Sequence record: SRR20825006_2320
Length of the DNA stretch: 40,830 nucleotides
Direction: 5' to 3' (one strand)
The notes beneath the pieces were generated by a model. It was not told the DNA's origin, did not search any database, and saw only the letters and a list, made by a program, of their open reading frames with translations. Below, in pieces: positions 16,721 to 26,968 of the stretch. Within the stretch, counting starts at the first letter, position 1; every line of letters begins with the position of its first letter. Position numbers and translations under genes: made by a program.

Positions 16721-18565
16721 TCAGTTTATCAGCCGTTGGCGGGTCAAGTTTTCAAGGTAATCGGCATAGGCGGCGCGCGATTTTTCCGTTTTGCTCACTG
16801 CCGGAACAGCGACATCCCACCAATGCCCCGCAGCGCCGAAGCCCGGACCTTCCTCGGCGGTGGTCTCGATCACGATGACGGTGGGAATGTCGCGACCGCG
16901 GGCATGTGAAATCTGGACTTCCAAATCGGCGATGCCCTCGGCCTTGACCGCATAGGCCCCCATCGAGGCCGCATGGGCAACATAATCAATATCGGGCTGG
17001 GCCTCGACATTGCAATCGGCATACATGTTGTTGAACGGCGCGCCACCGCAGCCGAGCGTTTGCAGGCGGTTGATACAGCCGTAGCCACGGTTGTCTGTCA
17101 AAATCACCGTGAAAGGCACCTTGCGCATCACCGCCGTTGCCAGTTCCGAATTCGCCATCATGTAGGATCCGTCGCCGACAAAACAGATCACGTCGCGTTC
17201 GGGTCGGGCCAATTTGAGCCCCATGGCGCCCGCAATTTCGTAGCCCATGCAAGAATAGCCGTATTCCATGTGATAGCCGCCTTGGGATGGTTGCCACAGC
17301 AGCTTGAGCGCCCCAGGCATGGTGCCCGCGGCACACATCGCGATGGCGTCTTCCCCCGTCGCGCGCTGAACCGCGCCGATCACCTCGGCATCCAGAGGGC
17401 GGCCGTCTTGTGTGGCCTCGCGCGGCAAACAATGGGCCGTGACGGCGGCCAACCACTCCGTCCGACATGCGGCATCGACCGCGGGGGCTCTGTGATTGCC
17501 TAGGGCGGCGGAGATCTTTTCCAGTGCCACTTTGGCGTCCGAGACCATCGGGATCGCGCCATGTTTGACCGCGTCATAGGCCGCCACGTTGATCGACACC
17601 AACCTGCGACCGGGCTTTTCAAACAACGTCCACGACCCGGTTGTAAAGTCCTGAAACCGTGTCCCCACACCGATGACCAGATCGGCATCTTTCGAAACGG
17701 CGTTGGCGGCGGCAGAGCCGTCCACACCGCTCGCGCCAAAATTCATCGGGTGAGCCTGCGCCAACGCCGACTTGCCGGCCTGAGTTTCGACGACAGGGAT
17801 GTTGTGCGTGCTGGCAAACGCGGCGAGTGTGGCCTCCGCATCGGAATAGATCACGCCTCCGCCGCAGACGATAACCGGATTGGAGGCGGATTTGATCATC
17901 GAGACCACTTCGGCGAGTTCGAGACTGTCCGGCTCGGGGCGGCGCACGCGCCAGACTTTGGGGTCAAAGAATTCAACCGGATAGTCGTAGGCCTCGGCTT
18001 GCACATCCTGACAGAAGGCAAGGCAGACAGGCCCACAGTTGGCCGGGTCGGTCATCACCGTCAGGGCGCGCGGCAAGCACGTCAAAAGGTGCTCAGGTCG
18101 GGTGATCCGGTCGAAATAGCGCACCACCGGCTTGAAGCAATCATTGGCCGAAATGGTGCCATCTTCGAAGCTTTCAACCTGTTGCAAAACCGGATCAGGG
18201 CGGCGGTTGGCAAAGACATCGCCGGGTATGAACAACACCGGCAGACGGTTGACATGCGCCAGCGCGGCTGCGGTCACCATGTTGGTGGCACCCGGCCCAA
18301 TGGAAGAGGTCACCGCCTGTGCGCGGTGGCGTTTCAGCCCCTTGGCATAGGCAATGGCCGCATGTGCCATGGTTTGCTCGTTCTGGCCACGCCATGTTGG
18401 GAAACCGTTGCCCGCGTCTTGCAAGGCCTCGCCGAGCCCCGCCACATTGCCGTGGCCGAAAATCCCCCAAATGCCGTCGATAAATCGGTCACCCTCTTTG
18501 GTGAGTTGCACGCTCAGCCATTTTACCATGGCCTGCGCGGCGGTCAGTCGGATTGTTCCGCTCAT
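16721..18565 (-). CDS. iolD: 3D-(3,5/4)-trihydroxycyclohexane-1,2-dione acylhydrolase (TPP-dependent)
   Basis: TIRLTAAQA, GIFGHGNVAG, SIGPGATN, HMEYGYSCMGYE, GDGSY, WWDV motifs. Confidence 0.96.
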   Translation of the reverse strand: MSGTIRLTAAQAMVKWLSVQLTKEGDRFIDGIWGIFGHGNVAGLGEALQDAGNGFPTWRGQNEQTMAHAAIAYAKGLKRHRAQAVTSSIGPGATNMVTAAALAHVNRLPVLFIPGDVFANRRPDPVLQQVESFEDGTISANDCFKPVVRYFDRITRPEHLLTCLPRALTVMTDPANCGPVCLAFCQDVQAEAYDYPVEFFDPKVWRVRRPEPDSLELAEVVSMIKSASNPVIVCGGGVIYSDAEATLAAFASTHNIPVVETQAGKSALAQAHPMNFGASGVDGSAAANAVSKDADLVIGVGTRFQDFTTGSWTLFEKPGRRLVSINVAAYDAVKHGAIPMVSDAKVALEKISAALGNHRAPAVDAACRTEWLAAVTAHCLPREATQDGRPLDAEVIGAVQRATGEDAIAMCAAGTMPGALKLLWQPSQGGYHMEYGYSCMGYEIAGAMGLKLARPERDVICFVGDGSYMMANSELATAVMRKVPFTVILTDNRGYGCINRLQTLGCGGAPFNNMYADCNVEAQPDIDYVAHAASMGAYAVKAEGIADLEVQISHARGRDIPTVIVIETTAEEGPGFGAAGHWWDVAVPAVSKTEKSRAAYADYLENLTRQRLIN

Positions 18566-18569
18566 CAGA

Positions 18570-20480
18570 TCACTCCACATTTAGACGAGCATCTGCCCGT
18601 GCCTTGTCCCACACCGAACACAGAATCTCATAGCGCATCGCCATCTGTGTCACGGCCTCCGTATCGCTCATCTCGCCCTTCATCCAAGCCCGTGCCGCGT
18701 CTCCAAAGATCGTCCGGCCGACGGCAAAACCTTTGACCAGCGGCTGTTTGGCAGCCAACGCAAAGCTCTGCGCAAGATCGGCCTCGGGCGCGTCCAGACC
18801 CAGCACAACGATCCCTCGCGTCCGCGGATCATTGCGTTCGATCGCGGTCACCGCGTTTTGCCACGCAGCGTCCGTCTTAAACGGCTCAAGCTTCCACCAA
18901 TCAGGGTAGACACCCGCATCGTAGAACTGCTGGATCAGGGTCGCGCTTGTGGTGTCGTCCACGGGGGCGACCTTGGAGGGGATCACCTCCAGCAGAAATT
19001 CAAGATTGTTGCGGCGCGCCGCCGTGAACAGCCGCTTGACGCGACCTTCCTGCAACGCGCGGGTTTCGGGCGTGTCGTCTGGGTGGCAAAAAACCAAAAG
19101 CTTTACCACATTCTCGCGCGCCCATTCTTTGAAACGGCCGAGGTCAAGCCCTAGGTCCTCTTCAAACGCGATCGGGCGCGACCCCGGCAGCTCGGTCGGG
19201 CGACCGATCCACAGGCCAGAGCCGGACGCGGCGTGCAGGGTGGACCGTCCAATGCGATTGTCGCATAAGATACCGTACCCGGGCTGACCATTCTGGACCT
19301 TGAGCGCCGCCGCGAGGCAAAGCTCTTTGAACAGGCTGCCTTTGTCTTTCGAGTAGCCGTCCATCTCTTCAAGTTGCAGGCGGTGATCAAAGGCAAAGGT
19401 GCGTATGGTCGACCAGTCGCCATGCCGATTTGTGGCCCAATGCACCTGTTCCAACTCGGTGTCGTTGCGCAGATCTTTGCGCACAATACCGCGATCAAAG
19501 AAAAACTGTAGCTCATCCCAGCTTGGATAGGCCGGGGTACAGCCGTGCCGACTGACCGCAAAAGCCCCACAGGCGTTGGCATATTTCAGAGTGGTCGACC
19601 AATCTTCACCATCAAGCCAGCCTTTGAGCAGACCCGAAAAGAAACCGTCGCCCGCGCCCAGAACATTAAACACCTCAATCGGAAAGCCCGGCCCGGTTTG
19701 GCCATCGTCCAGACTGTCAGGGATATCACCGTCAAACGCCACCGCACCATCCGCTCCGCGCTTGCACACCAGCGTCGCCTTCGAGACCTTGCGCACGGCA
19801 CGCAGCGCTTTGATCGTATCGGTCGAGCCGCCCGCGATATGGAATTCTTCCTCGGTCCCGACAATCAGGTCGAAGTAATGCAGCGTCTCCATCAGCTTGG
19901 CGGTGACCTCAGCGCTTTCGACGAAGCGGCTTTCACCGTCGCCGTGACCGGCCAGTCCCCAAAGGTTTGGGCGATAGTCGATGTCCAGTGCCGTCTTCAA
20001 TCCGTACTGACGGGCCAGTTTCAATGCCTTGATGACGGCGGCCTTAGTGCGCGGGTGGCTCAGATGGGTGCCGGTCGCAAGGACCGATCGCGCTGACGCG
20101 ATGAAAGCCTCGTCGATGTCCTCCTCACACAGCGCCATATCCGCGCAGTTCTCACGGTAGAAGATCAGAGGGAATTGCGTCTCATCACGGATGCCAAGGA
20201 TCACCAACGCAGTCAGACGCTCGCTGTCGGTTTTGACGCCTTGGGTCGAGACGCCATGACGCTCCAACTCTTCACGGATGAAGCGGCCCATATGCTCGTC
20301 ACCAACGCGCGTGATCAGGCCAGACTTCAGGCCCAAACGCGCAGTGCCACAAGCGATGTTGGTTGGAGAGCCCCCGATATACTTGTCAAATGACCCCATA
20401 TCCTCGAGCCGTCCGCCGATTTGAGATCCATATAGGTCTACGCCCGCGCGGCCAATCGTGATTACGTCAAGCTTGGTCAT
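18570..20480 (-). CDS. iolC: 5-dehydro-2-deoxygluconokinase with C-terminal aldolase-like (DUF2090) domain
   Basis: PfkB motifs (GGSPTNIA, VLGAGDGF) plus AFDHR...PDWWKL...GFAVGRTIF domain. Confidence 0.95.
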   Translation of the reverse strand: MTKLDVITIGRAGVDLYGSQIGGRLEDMGSFDKYIGGSPTNIACGTARLGLKSGLITRVGDEHMGRFIREELERHGVSTQGVKTDSERLTALVILGIRDETQFPLIFYRENCADMALCEEDIDEAFIASARSVLATGTHLSHPRTKAAVIKALKLARQYGLKTALDIDYRPNLWGLAGHGDGESRFVESAEVTAKLMETLHYFDLIVGTEEEFHIAGGSTDTIKALRAVRKVSKATLVCKRGADGAVAFDGDIPDSLDDGQTGPGFPIEVFNVLGAGDGFFSGLLKGWLDGEDWSTTLKYANACGAFAVSRHGCTPAYPSWDELQFFFDRGIVRKDLRNDTELEQVHWATNRHGDWSTIRTFAFDHRLQLEEMDGYSKDKGSLFKELCLAAALKVQNGQPGYGILCDNRIGRSTLHAASGSGLWIGRPTELPGSRPIAFEEDLGLDLGRFKEWARENVVKLLVFCHPDDTPETRALQEGRVKRLFTAARRNNLEFLLEVIPSKVAPVDDTTSATLIQQFYDAGVYPDWWKLEPFKTDAAWQNAVTAIERNDPRTRGIVVLGLDAPEADLAQSFALAAKQPLVKGFAVGRTIFGDAARAWMKGEMSDTEAVTQMAMRYEILCSVWDKARADARLNVE

Positions 20481-20492
20481 ATGTCTCTCTCC

Positions 20493-21593
20493 TTAAGGCG
20501 CCACCGGGCGACCGTTCGAGGTCGCCATCGCGTGAATGATTTTCTCGATTTTCAGGCCCTCGGCGAAATCAGGACCGCAGGGCGCATCGCCCGCTATGGC
20601 GCGGATCAAGTCGCGGGCCTCGATCACTTTTTGCTCATTGAAACCGAAATTATGGCCCGGGGCAGGACAGAAGGCCGCGTAATCGGGTTGCTCCGGCCCG
20701 CTCAGGTGGCGAGTGAAGCCCGCGTCATCTGTTCTGTGGAGCCAAAGTTCGTTCATATTCTCTTGATCGAAGATGATCGTGCCATCGGATCCTTGCACTT
20801 CCCATTGCAAGCGACACTTGCGCCCGCGTGCGACCCGAGAGGTCGCAAACACGCCCTGCGCGCCGGAGGCAAAGCGGATCAACGCCAGCGCACTGTCCTC
20901 ATTTTCAACCGCCTTGGGGCCCTCGGGAGAGTGCCGCAGGGGAATGGCGATCTGGGTCTGGGCGGTCAATTCGGACACATCCCCCATCAGTTGGATCATC
21001 ACGCTGACCAAGTGGCACCCAAGATCACCAAGCGCCCCAAGACCGCCCGCTTTTTTGGTCATCCGCCATGACCAAGGCAGGTCCGGATCAGCGCTGTAGT
21101 CCTCGTCATAGACCCCGCGAAAGGTCAGCGGCGCGCCGATCCCTCCCTCCGCCAGTATTTTGCGCGCCATTTGAAAGGCGGGTGAGCGCAGATAATTATA
21201 GCCAAGAAGCGTCACCTGATCGGGATTTCGCGCGGCAAAGGCGGTCATTGCTTCGGCATCTTCCAGCGTCAGTGCCATCGGCTTTTCCAGCCAGACATGC
21301 TTGCCGGCCTTCAGCGCGGCCTCTGCCATCGGTCGGTGCAGACTATTGGGCGTTGTGATCGACACCACGTCGACCGCAGGATCGGTAATGGCGGCCCGCC
21401 AATCATCGGTGCTTCGCTGAAATCCAAACTGGCGAGCAAAACGGACGGCGGAGTCTTTTGTGACATCACTCAGAATTTCCAGTCGGGGCGGCTCGCCCCC
21501 GAACACCGTCGCAACCTGACGCCATGCCAGCGCATGGCACTTTCCCATAAAGCCTGTGCCGATCAGGGCCACACCAAGCGATTTATCCGGCAT
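20493..21593 (-). CDS. Gfo/Idh/MocA oxidoreductase (second inositol-isomer dehydrogenase candidate)
   Basis: [29 protein letters not shown]; start uncertain (21593/21602/21611). Confidence 0.88.
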   Translation of the reverse strand: MPDKSLGVALIGTGFMGKCHALAWRQVATVFGGEPPRLEILSDVTKDSAVRFARQFGFQRSTDDWRAAITDPAVDVVSITTPNSLHRPMAEAALKAGKHVWLEKPMALTLEDAEAMTAFAARNPDQVTLLGYNYLRSPAFQMARKILAEGGIGAPLTFRGVYDEDYSADPDLPWSWRMTKKAGGLGALGDLGCHLVSVMIQLMGDVSELTAQTQIAIPLRHSPEGPKAVENEDSALALIRFASGAQGVFATSRVARGRKCRLQWEVQGSDGTIIFDQENMNELWLHRTDDAGFTRHLSGPEQPDYAAFCPAPGHNFGFNEQKVIEARDLIRAIAGDAPCGPDFAEGLKIEKIIHAMATSNGRPVAP

Positions 21594-21668
21594 TTTGTAC
21601 ATTTTACACACAATTTCCTAAAGTGCGCTCGGAAGGTCGTTCCGCGCCTTACTGTCCAAGGACCTGCA

Positions 21669-21715
21669 AACTCTCCGGGAATGAGCTGCGCGCGCAGCCC
21701 ATCCCGGGAGGAGTT
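21669..21715. terminator. Long imperfect stem-loop between the ABC ATPase and dehydrogenase genes
   Basis: Arms AACTCTCCGGGAATGAGCTGCG / CGCAGCCCATCCCGGGAGGAGTT; function inferred. Confidence 0.45.
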
Positions 21716-22536
21716 CAGATGGTACCATCAAGCGATCCTTCGAGTGCGGCCATTTCTTGACCGCCCGCCATGAGGTCTTGAAGCTCTTCGGGAGTGATTT
21801 CTCCCCGCTTGGCTGTCCCTAACGTTTTACCTCGATTGAGCACCGTGAACCGGTCGCCAACAGCCAGCGCATGACGCACATTGTGGCTGATAAAGACAAC
21901 GCCGATGCCCTGTTTGCGCACCCTGTCGATGGTTGCCAGAACATTTGACGTCTGGCGCACACCCAGCGCCGAGGTTGGCTCATCAAGGATCAGAACCTTA
22001 GCCCCGAAGTAGACAGCACGCGCGATGGCGACGGTCTGACGTTCACCACCGGACAGTGTGCCGACGGCTTGATCGGGACCGCGCAGGTTGATGCCCATCT
22101 GACGCATTGCTTCAATGGTGACCTCATTGGCTTTGGCCACGTCAAACCGTTTCATCAGCCCCCGTCCTGTCGTTGGCTCGCGTCCCATGAAAAAATTTCG
22201 CGTCACGCTCATCAATGGGATCATCGCCAGATCTTGGAACACGGTCGCAATCCCGGCCTCCATCGCGTCACGCGGGGTGGCGAAATTCAACGGTTTGCCT
22301 TCAAACAGGATTTCGCCCTTTGTCGGTCGGTGTACGCCCGACATTGTTTTGATGAAGGTCGACTTGCCCGCGCCGTTATCACCCAAAAGGCAGTGGCATT
22401 CCCCGGGTCGAACATCAAAGCTGACCCCGGCAAGAGCGATGATATTACCGAAATGCTTTTCAATGTTTTTCATTTCGACAATCGGACTGTCGTTTTGTGT
22501 GGCGTCGCCATGATGGAACTTGGTGTCTTGAGTCAT
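21715..22536 (-). CDS. Sugar (inositol) ABC transporter ATP-binding protein
   Basis: Walker [14 protein letters not shown] signature, ILDEPT. Confidence 0.95.
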   Translation of the reverse strand: MTQDTKFHHGDATQNDSPIVEMKNIEKHFGNIIALAGVSFDVRPGECHCLLGDNGAGKSTFIKTMSGVHRPTKGEILFEGKPLNFATPRDAMEAGIATVFQDLAMIPLMSVTRNFFMGREPTTGRGLMKRFDVAKANEVTIEAMRQMGINLRGPDQAVGTLSGGERQTVAIARAVYFGAKVLILDEPTSALGVRQTSNVLATIDRVRKQGIGVVFISHNVRHALAVGDRFTVLNRGKTLGTAKRGEITPEELQDLMAGGQEMAALEGSLDGTI

Positions 22537-22537
22537 C

Positions 22538-23644
22538 TCAGCGCTCTCCCGTCACTCGTTTGCGGATGGCATTGTTGAACATCACGGCGATCAACAACAT
22601 TCCGCCGAGAAACACCTGAAACCAGTCCTGATCGAAGTTGGTATAGGTCAGCCCGATGACGACCATGCCGAAAATGATCGAGCCAAAGAACGCGCCGATG
22701 GCCGATCCATACCCGCCAGTCAGCAAACACCCACCAACCACTGCCGCGATAATCGCCTCAAATTCCTTTTGAAATCCGCGCCGTGCGTCTGTGGAGCCCG
22801 CATCCATCACGGTGATGATGGCCACCAATGCTGCACAACATGCGGTCAGCATGAACAACGAAACCTTGACCTTGTTGACCGGAACACCGGAGTTCGAGGC
22901 CGCAGTCCGGTCCCCACCAGCGGCGAAGATCCAGTTTCCGACCGGCATGCGCAAAAGCACATAGGTTGCGATCAGAGCGATAGCGACGAACCAGAGGATT
23001 TCGACTGGGATACCAGGCACTTTTGGCGTGCCATTATTGAAGGTTGCCACAAGGCCCATATCCGCGAGCTTCGCAAACAGCCCCGGAAAGGCGTCCCCGG
23101 AAAAGACCGGTGCCAGCCAATCGTTTTCGACCGCTTCGCGCACACCGCGCAACTGTGTCGAGCCACCTGTGGCCCATTTCAGCCCGACAAGCGACAAGCC
23201 GCGCAGGATGAACAAAAAGGCCAGCGTGACAATGAACGACGGCAAACCCGAGCGAATAACAAGATTTCCGCTCAACGCGCCAACAGCGCCCGCAAAGATA
23301 AATGTCAGCGGAATTGCGGCGACGAGCGGCAAGTGCCATGTGACCGCACAGACACCGAAAAACAAACCCGAAAAGGCCACCATAGAGCCAATTGACAGAT
23401 CGAATTCCCCGCCGATCATCAACAGCGCCGCGCCAATGGCCAGAATGCCCAGTTGGGATGCGGGGGTCATAAAGTTTATGATACCCGACAGGCTGAACAT
23501 TGATCTGTCAGCGGTAATGGAAAAGAAAATTACAACCAGTATGACGCCCGCGACGGCCCCAAGTTCCGGACGTTTGATCAATTGCGCAAATAGCGGTTCG
23601 GCCTTGAGCCGTTCGTCCGCAGCGCCTTGGACGGTATCATTCAT
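22538..23644 (-). CDS. Sugar (inositol) ABC transporter permease (BPD_transp_2)
   Basis: [28 protein letters not shown] motifs. Confidence 0.95.
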   Translation of the reverse strand: MNDTVQGAADERLKAEPLFAQLIKRPELGAVAGVILVVIFFSITADRSMFSLSGIINFMTPASQLGILAIGAALLMIGGEFDLSIGSMVAFSGLFFGVCAVTWHLPLVAAIPLTFIFAGAVGALSGNLVIRSGLPSFIVTLAFLFILRGLSLVGLKWATGGSTQLRGVREAVENDWLAPVFSGDAFPGLFAKLADMGLVATFNNGTPKVPGIPVEILWFVAIALIATYVLLRMPVGNWIFAAGGDRTAASNSGVPVNKVKVSLFMLTACCAALVAIITVMDAGSTDARRGFQKEFEAIIAAVVGGCLLTGGYGSAIGAFFGSIIFGMVVIGLTYTNFDQDWFQVFLGGMLLIAVMFNNAIRKRVTGER

Positions 23645-23665
23645 TCTGACCTCCCTTTTTCAAGT

Positions 23666-23689
23666 GGAGCGGCACTTTTGCGCCGCTCC
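23666..23689 (-). terminator. Stem-loop downstream of the binding-protein gene (likely mRNA stabiliser)
   Basis: Minus strand GGAGCGGCGC-AAAA-GTGCCGCTCC; no U-tract on the coding strand. Confidence 0.55.
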
Positions 23690-23715
23690 GTTCTTGTGCT
23701 TGGTGCCACCCGGAG

Positions 23716-24636
23716 TTAGCGGATGCCTTTAGCCGACAGTTCGATAACCTGAGCAGCCTTGTCAGCCGTAATCAGGTTCGGACCCGAGGGAACATTGCCA
23801 CCGGGCATCAGGCCAAATTTGGCGTGCAGCGCCATGAAGTTGACGGACAGATAGCCCTGCAAGAACTGCTGCTGGTCGATCGCAAAAGCAGCATCGCCAT
23901 CGACGATGGACTGCAGGAAGCTGGCCGACAGATCGAACGAAGCAACGTTTACGTCGCGACCAGATGCTTTGGCCGCGGCAACTGCAGGCTCACCCGCGGT
24001 CGAGGCGCCGAGGGCCATCACCGTGTCAATAGCGGTATCCGAAGATAGAGCTGCGGCCACCTTGGCTTCGATCTCCGCTGGATCATTGCTGGTTGGCAAG
24101 ACGGTCACAGAGCCGCCAAAACCTTCGGCAAAACCGTCGCAGCGCAGGTCAAGCGAGACGTTGCCGACCTCTTGGTTCACACAGATAGCGGTCTTGCCGC
24201 CCATCTCAGCCAGCTTCGCGCCAGCAGATCTCCCCGCATCGAACTCGTCCTGACCCACATGAAGAAGGGCACCAAGGCCCTTGGAGACATCCGAGCCGGA
24301 GTTGATCGAGATGACCGGAATACCAGCCGAAACGGCGCGCTGGATTGACGGTCCAAGCGCATCTGCGTCGGGAATCGACACGATCAGACCAGCCGGTTCC
24401 TGGTTTACGGCAGCGTCGATGAGTTGTGACATGGCGACCATGTCGAATGTTTCCGGCGAGCGGTAGTCGACGTTAACGCCGGCGTCCTTGGCCGCTTGTT
24501 CGGCACCATTTTTTACAACCGACCAAAACGGATCGTTGGCCTGACCATGGGCGACAACAACGATGTCCTGCGCAAGAACTGGCGTTGCGATCGCAAACGC
24601 GCTCGCAGTCAGAGCAGCTTTTACAAATTTTTTCAT
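23716..24636 (-). CDS. Sugar (inositol) ABC transporter periplasmic binding protein
   Basis: Signal peptide, HGQANDPFWSVVKNG, AIDQQQFLQGY; iol context. Confidence 0.93.
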   Translation of the reverse strand: MKKFVKAALTASAFAIATPVLAQDIVVVAHGQANDPFWSVVKNGAEQAAKDAGVNVDYRSPETFDMVAMSQLIDAAVNQEPAGLIVSIPDADALGPSIQRAVSAGIPVISINSGSDVSKGLGALLHVGQDEFDAGRSAGAKLAEMGGKTAICVNQEVGNVSLDLRCDGFAEGFGGSVTVLPTSNDPAEIEAKVAAALSSDTAIDTVMALGASTAGEPAVAAAKASGRDVNVASFDLSASFLQSIVDGDAAFAIDQQQFLQGYLSVNFMALHAKFGLMPGGNVPSGPNLITADKAAQVIELSAKGIR

Positions 24637-24756
24637 GGATCTCCTCCCTTAGGTTCCACTGATTATTTGGGGCGAGGCCCCGCGTTCATCCGGCTGTACC
24701 GGATTTCGTATCCCCGGCCTTTGTCGGTCGGAGAAATCTATTTCGAGCGCTCGCTG

Positions 24757-25767
24757 TTACGCCAAGACTGGCGCAACCTCCTCCAGCAGGACCGCCCGAC
24801 CCAACTCTAACGACCGATTTGCAGCCTCAGCCATTGCCAAAGCCGTCACGCCATCCTCAAGGGTGACAGGGAACGCCGATTTTGTCTCAACAGCTTCGAC
24901 AAATGCGATCCATTCCGCCTCGTATGCCGGCATGTAGCGTTCGAGGAAGAAGTAGGTCGGCTTGGCTCCGGTCACGCCCGCCACTGTGGATTTCACCATG
25001 GTGTTTTCCAGCATGTTTTGCGCCTGAAGCAGCCCTTCCGAGCCCAGCAGTTCAAGACGTTGATCATAGCCATAAACGGCGCGCCGCGAGTTTTTGATCA
25101 CGGCAATTTTGCCGTCGGCATATGTCATCGTCACCACGGCGGTATCAACGTCACCCGCAATCCCGATCTCGGGGTCTACGATAGACGAGCCAACGGCAGA
25201 AATGCTGACAGGTGCCTCCCCCATAATGAAGTTTGCCATGTCGAAATCATGGATCATCATGTCACGAAACAACCCGCCAGACACTTTGATATAAGAAACT
25301 GGTGGCGGGGACGGATCGAACGACGTGATCGACAACAGTTCCGCTTTGCCGATCTCACCGCCAGCCAACGCGGCTTTTACGGCCGAGAAGTTTGGATCAA
25401 AGCGGCGGTTAAAGCCGATCATGACCGGTCGGCCAGACTGTGCGACCGCCGCTTGACACGCGCGGGCCCGCTCAAGGCTGAGATCAACAGGCTTTTCGCA
25501 CAGCACCGCTTTGCCGGCGGCGGTTGCGCGTTCAATCAAATCCGAATGCGTATCGGTCGATGTCGCAATAAGCACCGCATCAATCGTTGGATCGTCGATG
25601 ATTTCGTCCGTGGTGCGCACCTCGCAACCAAAGTTCGCTGCGAGCTGTTTTGCGTTTTCGGCAATCATATCCGAAACCGCCACAAGTGTGCTCTTGCGGT
25701 GTGCGGTGATGGCTTTTGCGTGCACTGTCGCAATCCGTCCCGCACCGAGAAGTCCAACCTTCAACAT
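24757..25767 (-). CDS. iolG: myo-inositol 2-dehydrogenase
   Basis: GAGRIA, CEKP, GFNRRFD, SGGLFRDMMIHDFD, YGYDQR, FFLERY; GGAGG RBS before ATG 25767. Confidence 0.93.
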   Translation of the reverse strand: MLKVGLLGAGRIATVHAKAITAHRKSTLVAVSDMIAENAKQLAANFGCEVRTTDEIIDDPTIDAVLIATSTDTHSDLIERATAAGKAVLCEKPVDLSLERARACQAAVAQSGRPVMIGFNRRFDPNFSAVKAALAGGEIGKAELLSITSFDPSPPPVSYIKVSGGLFRDMMIHDFDMANFIMGEAPVSISAVGSSIVDPEIGIAGDVDTAVVTMTYADGKIAVIKNSRRAVYGYDQRLELLGSEGLLQAQNMLENTMVKSTVAGVTGAKPTYFFLERYMPAYEAEWIAFVEAVETKSAFPVTLEDGVTALAMAEAANRSLELGRAVLLEEVAPVLA

Positions 25768-25818
25768 GCATCCTCCCTTTCCCGAATCTTGGGTATGTAT
25801 GGAGTCATAACGGCAATC

Positions 25819-25856
25819 TGCACGCGCGTGCAAGATTAAATTGCACGCGCGTGCAA
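25819..25856. promoter_or_regulatory. Tandem perfect palindromes, putative LacI operators
   Basis: TGCACGCGCGTGCA at 25819-25832 and TTGCACGCGCGTGCAA at 25841-25856, between divergent iolG and the LacI gene. Confidence 0.75.
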
Positions 25857-25910
25857 ACACATTGTCTTTTTCGGCTCCGTCGCGATACACTCGGATGAAC
25901 GGAGGGCCGA

Positions 25911-26933
25911 ATGAGCCAGATGGAAAACCAGAGGTCGGACGAGACAGTGACCGCAGACGATGTCGCAAAGCTGGCAGGCGTCTCGCGCTGGACGGTCAAT
26001 CGTGCCTTTAAAAAAGACGCCTCGATCTCGAGAAAAAGTCGGGAAAAAGTAATGGGTGCCGCGCAGACGTTAGGCTATGTGCCCGATCTTCTGGCCTCAA
26101 GCCTCGCCTCCGATCGCAGCAATCTTGTCTGTCTGCTGATCGACGATTTTGCCAACCCGCACAAACTTGTCATGTTGGAAAGATTAACCCGAGTTCTGCG
26201 CAAGAACGGATTGGACACGCTTCTGGTGAACACCTCCGATGAAGAGGACACCTCTGCTGCTCTGCTCAACGCCAGCCAAAGACGCGTAGATGCCGCGGTT
26301 CTCATCGGCATACAATTCACGGATCGCAGCCTCGCGACCGCTTTGGGGGCGCGCCGCGTGCGTAAGTTGATCGTCTTCGCACGCAGCTCCGAAAACCCCG
26401 ATACGATTTCGATCTGCTGTGACGACCGTGCGGCAATGAACGAAATCACGGATTACATCGTAGAGAAAGGCTATCGAAAGCCGCTTTTTCTTGCGGGCCC
26501 GCAGTCTACGTCGGCGCATCTGGGGCGCAAGGAGACATTTCTCAAACGCTGGCAGGATGCATTCGGCGCAACGCCGGATTTTGTTTCAGTGGCCCGCTAC
26601 GATCCGCAGTTGGCTTATGATCAGGTTGTGGGTTATTTTGCGGATCACCCGGCCTTGAACAACGTTGATATCATCGTTTGTGAAAACGATGCACTTGCCG
26701 TTGGGGCCGTTGATGCGATCCGCACGAAACTGGGGCTCCGCGTCCCCGAGGATATCGCCGTCATCGGGTTTGATGACATTCCTCAAGCCGATAGCGCGAA
26801 TTACAAATTGACCACATATCGCCAGCCTCTCTCGGCAATGGCCGAAGGATTGGTCGAAGTCCTGAAAGGGACGTCCGAAAATGAGCATCTCCGCCATTTT
26901 CTGGGCAAGCTTGTTGTTCGTGAAAGTGCCTGA
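25911..26933 (+). CDS. LacI-family transcriptional regulator
   Basis: VTADDVAKLAGVSRWTVNRAF HTH, LGYVPD..ASSL hinge, RVPEDIAVIGFDD, LTT.RQP. Confidence 0.95.
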   Translation: MSQMENQRSDETVTADDVAKLAGVSRWTVNRAFKKDASISRKSREKVMGAAQTLGYVPDLLASSLASDRSNLVCLLIDDFANPHKLVMLERLTRVLRKNGLDTLLVNTSDEEDTSAALLNASQRRVDAAVLIGIQFTDRSLATALGARRVRKLIVFARSSENPDTISICCDDRAAMNEITDYIVEKGYRKPLFLAGPQSTSAHLGRKETFLKRWQDAFGATPDFVSVARYDPQLAYDQVVGYFADHPALNNVDIIVCENDALAVGAVDAIRTKLGLRVPEDIAVIGFDDIPQADSANYKLTTYRQPLSAMAEGLVEVLKGTSENEHLRHFLGKLVVRESA

Positions 26934-26968
26934 TGCAGGTCTTGACGGCTTTGTCATGGTGTTCGGCT

